Below, piece by piece: positions 12,100 through 16,886 of a stretch of DNA of 16,886 nucleotides. The position numbers were made by a program, and so were the translations under genes. The notes under the pieces are model-generated. The model was not told the origin of the DNA. It saw only the letters and a list, made by a program, of their open reading frames with translations, and made no database searches. This DNA is from Comamonadaceae bacterium (GTDB lineage: Bacteria > Pseudomonadota > Gammaproteobacteria > Burkholderiales > Burkholderiaceae_C), in the NCBI GenBank assembly GCA_947452635.1, contig CANGEE010000052.1:1-16886 (forward strand). Direction: 5' to 3'. The first letter of the stretch is position 1. Every line of letters begins with the position of its first letter.

Positions 12100-14076
12100 A
12101 TGCAATTCCCTCAGATTCTGACATCGCTGGCCATACTGGCCCTGACAGGGGTATTTTCGTGCCCTGCTGCTGCCCAAATCAAAGCCGAAGACGCGGTGAT
12201 CAGCGAGATGCAGCAAGCTTTTCGCAAGAACGACAAAACCCGCTTGAGCGCCTTGCTGCCACAGGCACGTGGCCACGTCTTAGAGCCTTGGGCGGCTTAC
12301 TGGGAGTTGAGCGCCAGGCTGGACCGGGCCAGCAATGCCGAGATTCAGGACTTTGTCAGTCGCTACGCGGGCAGCTACCAAGAAGACAGGCTGCGCACCG
12401 AGTGGCTGCAAATGCTGGGCAAGCGACGCGACTGGGCCAGCTTTGCCGCCGAATACCCGCGTTACCGGATGCGCGATGACAAGGAGGTGCGCTGCTATGC
12501 CTTGGCCGCCGAAGTGGCCAACGGCATGCCCGATACCGCGACCGAATTCAAACGCCTGTGGTATGCCCAAAAAGAGGCGGATGATGGCTGCAGTTACGCC
12601 GCGCAGCTGCTGCACAGCGGGCGCAAGATTGACGGCCTGGACCTGTGGCGCAAAGCACGTGTGGCTATGGAAAACAGCCGACCCCGCGCAGCGCAGCTGG
12701 CGGTGGAGATCGAGGCCAAAGAGGTGGCGAGCCAAGTGGTGCTGATCCAGGCCGATCCGATCCAATTCTTGGACAAGCGTTTGATGGCGCTCACCACCAA
12801 GCGCAAAGAGCTCTCAGTCCTGGCTTTGATCCGCATTGCCGCCACCAACCCCGATTTGGCAGCAGAGCAACTGCACAAGCGCTGGGGCCTGTTTCTCAGC
12901 AAAGAAGAGCGCAACTGGGCCTGGGGGGCGATTGGCAAACAAGCCGCCTTCAAGCTGCAAGACAATGCCGCCGAGTACTTTGCCAAAGTCACCCGTGACG
13001 CCGACCTGAACGACGACCTGCTGGGCTGGAAAGTGCGCGCCGCCTTGCGCCAAAGCGACTGGAAAACTGTGGGGCAAGCGATCGACGCGATGCAAGACAG
13101 CGCCGCCGAGCCGGTCTGGGTGTACTGGCGTGCCCGTGCCACGCTGGCCAGCAACCCGAGCGAAGCCCAGCGCCAAGCGGCGCTGCAATCCTTGCGCGCG
13201 ATCGCCAGCGTGCGCGGCTTTTACGAACTACTGGCCCTGGAAGAGACCGGCCAAAACATCGCCTTGCCGGCCAAACCCACGCCGTTGACACTCCCTGAAA
13301 AAGCCGCCGCCAGCGCCAACCCTGGCTTGCAACGCGCCTTGTATGCCATTGGCATGGGCCTGCGCCAAGAGGGCAACCGCGAATGGAACTACACCACCAA
13401 TTTGCACAGCCCCGGCGGCATGGGTGAGCGCGAGTTGCTGGCCGCCGCCGATCTGGCCTGCCAGCGCCAGGTGTGGGACCGTTGTATCAACACCAGCGAG
13501 CGCACGACCAACGCCATCGACATGGAGCAGCGCTTCCCCACTCCGCTGCGCGACACCGTATTGCGCAAAGCCAAAGCCGTGGGCCTGGAGCCGGCTTTTG
13601 TCTACGGCCTGATCCGCCAGGAAAGCCGCTTCATCACCGATGCGCGCTCCGGCGTGGGCGCGGCAGGGCTGATGCAAGTCATGCCTGCCACCGCCCGGTG
13701 GACCGCCAAAAAAATCGGCTTGACCACTTTCGCGGTCGAGCAACTCAACGAACAAGACGTCAATGTGGCCATCGGCACCGGCTACCTCAAACTCGTTCTG
13801 GACGACTTTGGCGGCTCCATGCCCATGGCCGCCGCCGCTTACAACGCCGGTCCTGGCCGACCTCGCAATTGGCGCAACGGACCGGTGCTGGAAGCGGCGA
13901 TTTGGGCGGAGAACATCCCTTTCCAAGAAACCCGGGACTATGTGAAAAAAGTGCTGGCCAACACCACCAACTACGCCGCCGTGCTGACCGGGCAACCCCA
14001 GTCCCTCAAAGCGCGCTTGGGCAGCGTGGGCCCGAAAGCGGCCAACGCGGTGGAGAGCTACCCCGACTTGCCTTGA
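12100..14076 (+). CDS. slt: Soluble lytic murein transglycosylase (Slt70-type)
   Basis: Signal peptide MQFPQILTSLAILALTGVFSCPAAAQ, a long superhelical N-terminal domain, and a C-terminal SLT domain with IRQESRF (catalytic Glu), GLMQVMPATA and AYNAGPG. Confidence 0.9.
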   Translation: MQFPQILTSLAILALTGVFSCPAAAQIKAEDAVISEMQQAFRKNDKTRLSALLPQARGHVLEPWAAYWELSARLDRASNAEIQDFVSRYAGSYQEDRLRTEWLQMLGKRRDWASFAAEYPRYRMRDDKEVRCYALAAEVANGMPDTATEFKRLWYAQKEADDGCSYAAQLLHSGRKIDGLDLWRKARVAMENSRPRAAQLAVEIEAKEVASQVVLIQADPIQFLDKRLMALTTKRKELSVLALIRIAATNPDLAAEQLHKRWGLFLSKEERNWAWGAIGKQAAFKLQDNAAEYFAKVTRDADLNDDLLGWKVRAALRQSDWKTVGQAIDAMQDSAAEPVWVYWRARATLASNPSEAQRQAALQSLRAIASVRGFYELLALEETGQNIALPAKPTPLTLPEKAAASANPGLQRALYAIGMGLRQEGNREWNYTTNLHSPGGMGERELLAAADLACQRQVWDRCINTSERTTNAIDMEQRFPTPLRDTVLRKAKAVGLEPAFVYGLIRQESRFITDARSGVGAAGLMQVMPATARWTAKKIGLTTFAVEQLNEQDVNVAIGTGYLKLVLDDFGGSMPMAAAAYNAGPGRPRNWRNGPVLEAAIWAENIPFQETRDYVKKVLANTTNYAAVLTGQPQSLKARLGSVGPKAANAVESYPDLP

Positions 14077-14089
14077 AGCACCCACAGCT

Positions 14090-14386
14090 TCAACGCAAGC
14101 CTGCCAAAGCCTCGTCCAAGTTGCGGTTGATTTTTTCGGCAATTTGGCTTTTGTAGGCACGCAGCAAAAAGCCCAGAGTGATCTGCAGTTCAAACTGTGT
14201 GGCATCGACGCGCAGCAGCCCTCGCGCACCGGCTCGCTCAAAGGTCACGCGGTCTTCGCCTTCACCGGGCAAGTGCGAACACGTCATGCCCCAGTCGCTT
14301 TCGCCTTGTGCTCGCCATGCCTGCGCCAAAGCCTGGGCGCTGGACCAGTCCAGACCGTGGAGGCGTTGAATTTCAATGTCGGCCAT
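14090..14386 (-). CDS. Polyhydroxyalkanoic acid system family protein (small, about 98 aa)
   Basis: The size and pattern MADIEIQRLHGL...AQALAQAW...DWGMTC...GEDRVTFERAGARGLLRVDATQFELQITLGFLL...IAEKINRNLD match the PHA_gran_rgn-type family as I recall it. Confidence 0.75.
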   Translation of the reverse strand: MADIEIQRLHGLDWSSAQALAQAWRAQGESDWGMTCSHLPGEGEDRVTFERAGARGLLRVDATQFELQITLGFLLRAYKSQIAEKINRNLDEALAGLR

Positions 14387-14410
14387 CTTGTCGTTCAGCT
14401 TGCGCTCATT

Positions 14411-16483
14411 TCAACCCCAACGGGCCACCTGCACCGCGCAATCGTAAAAAACGGGTGCCCGGCCCATGTCGGTCAAGTGCTGGCTGGTCAGTTGGTTCAC
14501 ATTGGTGCCGTTCAAACCGAATTTGCGCCACCAAATGCCCATGCCATGCACCACGCCAGGCCGGGCGCGGTCGCTCACGTGGGCTTTGCAGTGGTACTCG
14601 CCGCGGTCGTTGAAGATCTTGACCACATCGCCATGGGCAATGCCGCGAAGTTGTGCGTCATCCGCATGAATTTCCAGCAGCGGCTCGACCTCGACCGCAC
14701 GCAAGCTGGTGACGTTGACGAAAGTGGAGTTTAAAAAGTTGCGTGCCGGCGGTGAGATCATGGCCAGGGGGTAGCGGTCGCTGGCGGCGGGCACCTCGTA
14801 ATTGGGCAGGTGATCCGGTAAACCATCTTGCCCTTGCGCCGCCAAGCGCGCGCTGAAAAACTCGCAGCGCCCCGACGCGGTGGGAAAGCCGCCTTGGGCA
14901 AATGGCGCATCGGGCACGGGCAATGAGGCAAAGCCGTGTTCGAGCAATTGCGCAAAGTCGGCTTCGTCGCCGATGGCGGCGCGGCACAGCGTCAGGTCGT
15001 CGTCGGCAAAGCAAGGCTCCTCAAACCCCATGCGCGCAGCCAGCGCCCGAAAGATGTCGGTGTTGGTGCGGGCTTGCCCGACCGGGGCAATCGCAGGGCG
15101 GTTCAGCAGCACATCGGTGTGGCCGTAGCTGGTGTGAATGTCCCAATGTTCGAGCTGGGTGGTGGCAGGCAAGATGTAGTCGGCATAGTCGGCGGTGTCG
15201 GTCTGAAAATGCTCCAGCACCACGGTGAACAGGTCTTCGCGGGCAAAGCCCTGCACCACTTTACCGGACTGCGGGGCCACCGCCATCGGGTTGCTGTTGT
15301 AAACCACCAGCGCCTGGATGGCCGGGCCAAAGTCGGGCGCGGCGGGCCGCAGCAGGTCGTCGCCAATCGTGCTCATGTTGAGGGTGCGGGGTTGGCGCGT
15401 GCCCAGCAAGTCCGGCCGCTGCAAAGCCGCACGGCGCACCGGAAAATGCCCGGAACTGCTGAGCAGCACGCCGCCAGCGCGGTGGCGCCAAGCGCCGGTG
15501 AGTGCAGGCAAACAGGCAATCGCCCGCACCGCATTGCCGCCGCCGCGCACGCGCTGCATGCCGTAGTTCAAGCGAATGGCGGCTGGCTTTGTGGTGCCCC
15601 AGTCGCGCGCCAAGTCGGTGATTTGCGCCACCTCCAGGCCGCACACCTGGGCGGCGCGCTCGGGCGGCCATTGCAGCGCGCGCTCGCGCAGCGCGTCCCA
15701 ACCCAGGGTGTGTTGGGCAATGTAGTCGTGGTCCAGCCAGTCGTGCACGATCAGCTCGTGCATCAAGGCCAGGGCCAGCGCGGCATCGGTGCCGGGGCGC
15801 AGGGCCAGGTGCACCTGGCATTTGTCGGCGGTTTCGGTTTTGCGCGGGTCGATGCACACCAGCTTGGCCCCTTGCCGTTTGGCCTCCTGTGCCAGTCGCC
15901 AAAAATGCACATTGCTGCCAATCGAGTTGCTGCCCCAAATCACAATCAGCCGGGATTCGGCAAAAAATTCCACCTTCATGCCCACCTTGTTGCCCAAGGT
16001 CTGCGTCAGCGCTTCGGCCCCGGCTGAGGCGCAAATGGTGCGATCCAGCAAAGACGCGCCCAATTGGTGAAAAAACCGCCCCGCCATGGCCTCGCCCTGC
16101 ACTTGGCCCATGGTGCCGGCGTAGCTGTAAGGCAGTATCGCCTCAGGGTTGACTTGGGCAATGGCTTGGAGCCTCCCAGCAATGTCGTCCAGCGCCTCGT
16201 CCCAAGTCACCGGCACAAACTGGCCTGCGCCTTTGGGGCCGCTGCGCTTCAAAGGGGTGAGCAAGCGCTCAGGGTGGTAGGTGCGCTCGGCATAACGCGA
16301 CACTTTGGTGCACAGCACGCCGTCGGTGGGGCGGTGCGCCGGGTTGCCTTGCACCTTGGTGGCGCGCCCGTCCTGCACCGTGGTGAGCAAGGCGCAGGTG
16401 TCCGGGCAGTCGTGCGGGCAAGCGCCGCGCACCAGGACTTTGTCCGTGGGCTCGAGGGTGGTTTCGGCGTCCAATGGCGTCAT
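14411..16483 (-). CDS. Molybdopterin (bis-MGD) oxidoreductase family protein with an N-terminal 4Fe-4S domain
   Basis: GACPHDCPDTCALLT Cys cluster, molybdopterin oxidoreductase core, and a C-terminal dinucleotide-binding beta-barrel (GIAHGDVVKIFNDRGE). The start is taken at MTPLDAETT (16483). The track start at 16519 adds 12 aa. Confidence 0.88.
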   Translation of the reverse strand: MTPLDAETTLEPTDKVLVRGACPHDCPDTCALLTTVQDGRATKVQGNPAHRPTDGVLCTKVSRYAERTYHPERLLTPLKRSGPKGAGQFVPVTWDEALDDIAGRLQAIAQVNPEAILPYSYAGTMGQVQGEAMAGRFFHQLGASLLDRTICASAGAEALTQTLGNKVGMKVEFFAESRLIVIWGSNSIGSNVHFWRLAQEAKRQGAKLVCIDPRKTETADKCQVHLALRPGTDAALALALMHELIVHDWLDHDYIAQHTLGWDALRERALQWPPERAAQVCGLEVAQITDLARDWGTTKPAAIRLNYGMQRVRGGGNAVRAIACLPALTGAWRHRAGGVLLSSSGHFPVRRAALQRPDLLGTRQPRTLNMSTIGDDLLRPAAPDFGPAIQALVVYNSNPMAVAPQSGKVVQGFAREDLFTVVLEHFQTDTADYADYILPATTQLEHWDIHTSYGHTDVLLNRPAIAPVGQARTNTDIFRALAARMGFEEPCFADDDLTLCRAAIGDEADFAQLLEHGFASLPVPDAPFAQGGFPTASGRCEFFSARLAAQGQDGLPDHLPNYEVPAASDRYPLAMISPPARNFLNSTFVNVTSLRAVEVEPLLEIHADDAQLRGIAHGDVVKIFNDRGEYHCKAHVSDRARPGVVHGMGIWWRKFGLNGTNVNQLTSQHLTDMGRAPVFYDCAVQVARWG

Positions 16484-16631
16484 GGTGTTTGGCCTGAAAG
16501 CAAGTGGTGACACGTTCATTTTCGGTCATTTCACTGCCGAGTTGGCGCCAGCAGACCGCGCCGAGGGCGAAATGTCCCTTACGCGAAGGAGGGGGATGGC
16601 AACTTGGCACGAGTCTGGCTAGACTGTAGGC

Positions 16632-16886
16632 ATGAAACTCAACGACGCCATCCTCGCCGACGCGGCCGGCATTGCCGCTATTCGCCAAGACATCCACGCC
16701 CATCCAGAGCTGTGCTTTGAAGAAGTCCGTACCGCTGACGTGGTGGCCAAGCAGTTGCGTGATTGGGGCATCCCGATTCACCGTGGCATGGGCACCACCG
16801 GCGTGGTGGGCATCATCCACGGGCGCGATGGCGGTGCTTGCGGCCGTGGCGTGGGTCTGCGCGCCGACATCGATGCTTTGCCCATG
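16632..16886 (+). CDS. M20 family amidohydrolase (hippurate hydrolase / N-acyl-L-amino-acid amidohydrolase-like), N-terminal 85 codons; it continues beyond the window
   Basis: My own translation from the ATG at 16632: MKLNDAILADAAGIAAIRQDIHAHPELCFEEVRTADVVAKQLRDWGIPIHRGMGTTGVVGIIHG...GLRADIDALPM. The IR.DIHAHPEL.FEE and LRADIDALP motifs are typical of the family. It is not in the ORF track because it has no stop in the window. Confidence 0.85.
   Translation, partial: MKLNDAILADAAGIAAIRQDIHAHPELCFEEVRTADVVAKQLRDWGIPIHRGMGTTGVVGIIHGRDGGACGRGVGLRADIDALPM

Noticed and set aside
13228-14241. 337-aa minus-strand ORF antisense to slt, and similar ORFs at 12280-13291
   Set aside because: It overlaps the well-supported Slt70-type gene. 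Its composition is biased towards Gly, Ala, Arg and His, and no family resemblance is visible.
14936-16027. 363-aa plus-strand ORF and 257-aa minus-strand out-of-frame ORF within the molybdopterin oxidoreductase gene; also 10083-10820 (+) opposite the MBL gene and 11482-12081 (+) opposite the cyclo-ligase
   Set aside because: All are nested in or antisense to genes with strong family signatures. They are GC-driven open frames.

Overview
The window joins two very different pieces of DNA. Positions 4752-16886 are high-GC core chromosome (one hand-counted 60-nt line at 5401-5460 is 41/60 = 68% GC). Gene content and order look betaproteobacterial, probably Burkholderiales or Comamonadaceae, though that taxon call is inference. 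This part encodes glmS, a divergent Lrp/AsnC regulator, glmU, a lipoprotein, a TetR regulator followed by an MBL-fold hydrolase, 5-formyl-THF cyclo-ligase, an Slt70-type lytic transglycosylase, a small PHA-system protein, a molybdopterin oxidoreductase and the start of an M20 amidohydrolase. Positions 1-4751 are low-GC accessory DNA (line 3301-3360 is 23/60 = 38% GC) that begins within 8 nt of the glmS stop codon, the classic attTn7 neighbourhood, yet no Tn7-type machinery or end repeats are visible. This island is mosaic and extends past the left edge of the window. It contains the 3' end of an rve-type IS transposase, which appears to have truncated a large serine recombinase. It also holds a catalytic-core-only (FimB/FimE-sized) tyrosine recombinase and a small protein with the three-motif HUH rolling-circle Rep signature. 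That Rep-like gene has a gene-free stretch with three stem-loops on one side and two iteron-like direct repeats on the other. The remaining cargo is a self-contained single-gene cassette of unknown function, a translationally coupled secreted protein plus miniature poly-Gly lipoprotein pair, an orphan 201-aa protein with a basic low-complexity tail, and a 104-aa protein resembling the DNA-binding recombinase domain of serine integrases that reads straight out of glmS. The best candidate for something undescribed is the Rep, hairpin and iteron module together with the orphan cargo (about 1520-4743). None of the orphan functions can be established from sequence alone. Most long ORFs antisense to the high-GC genes are compositional artefacts.
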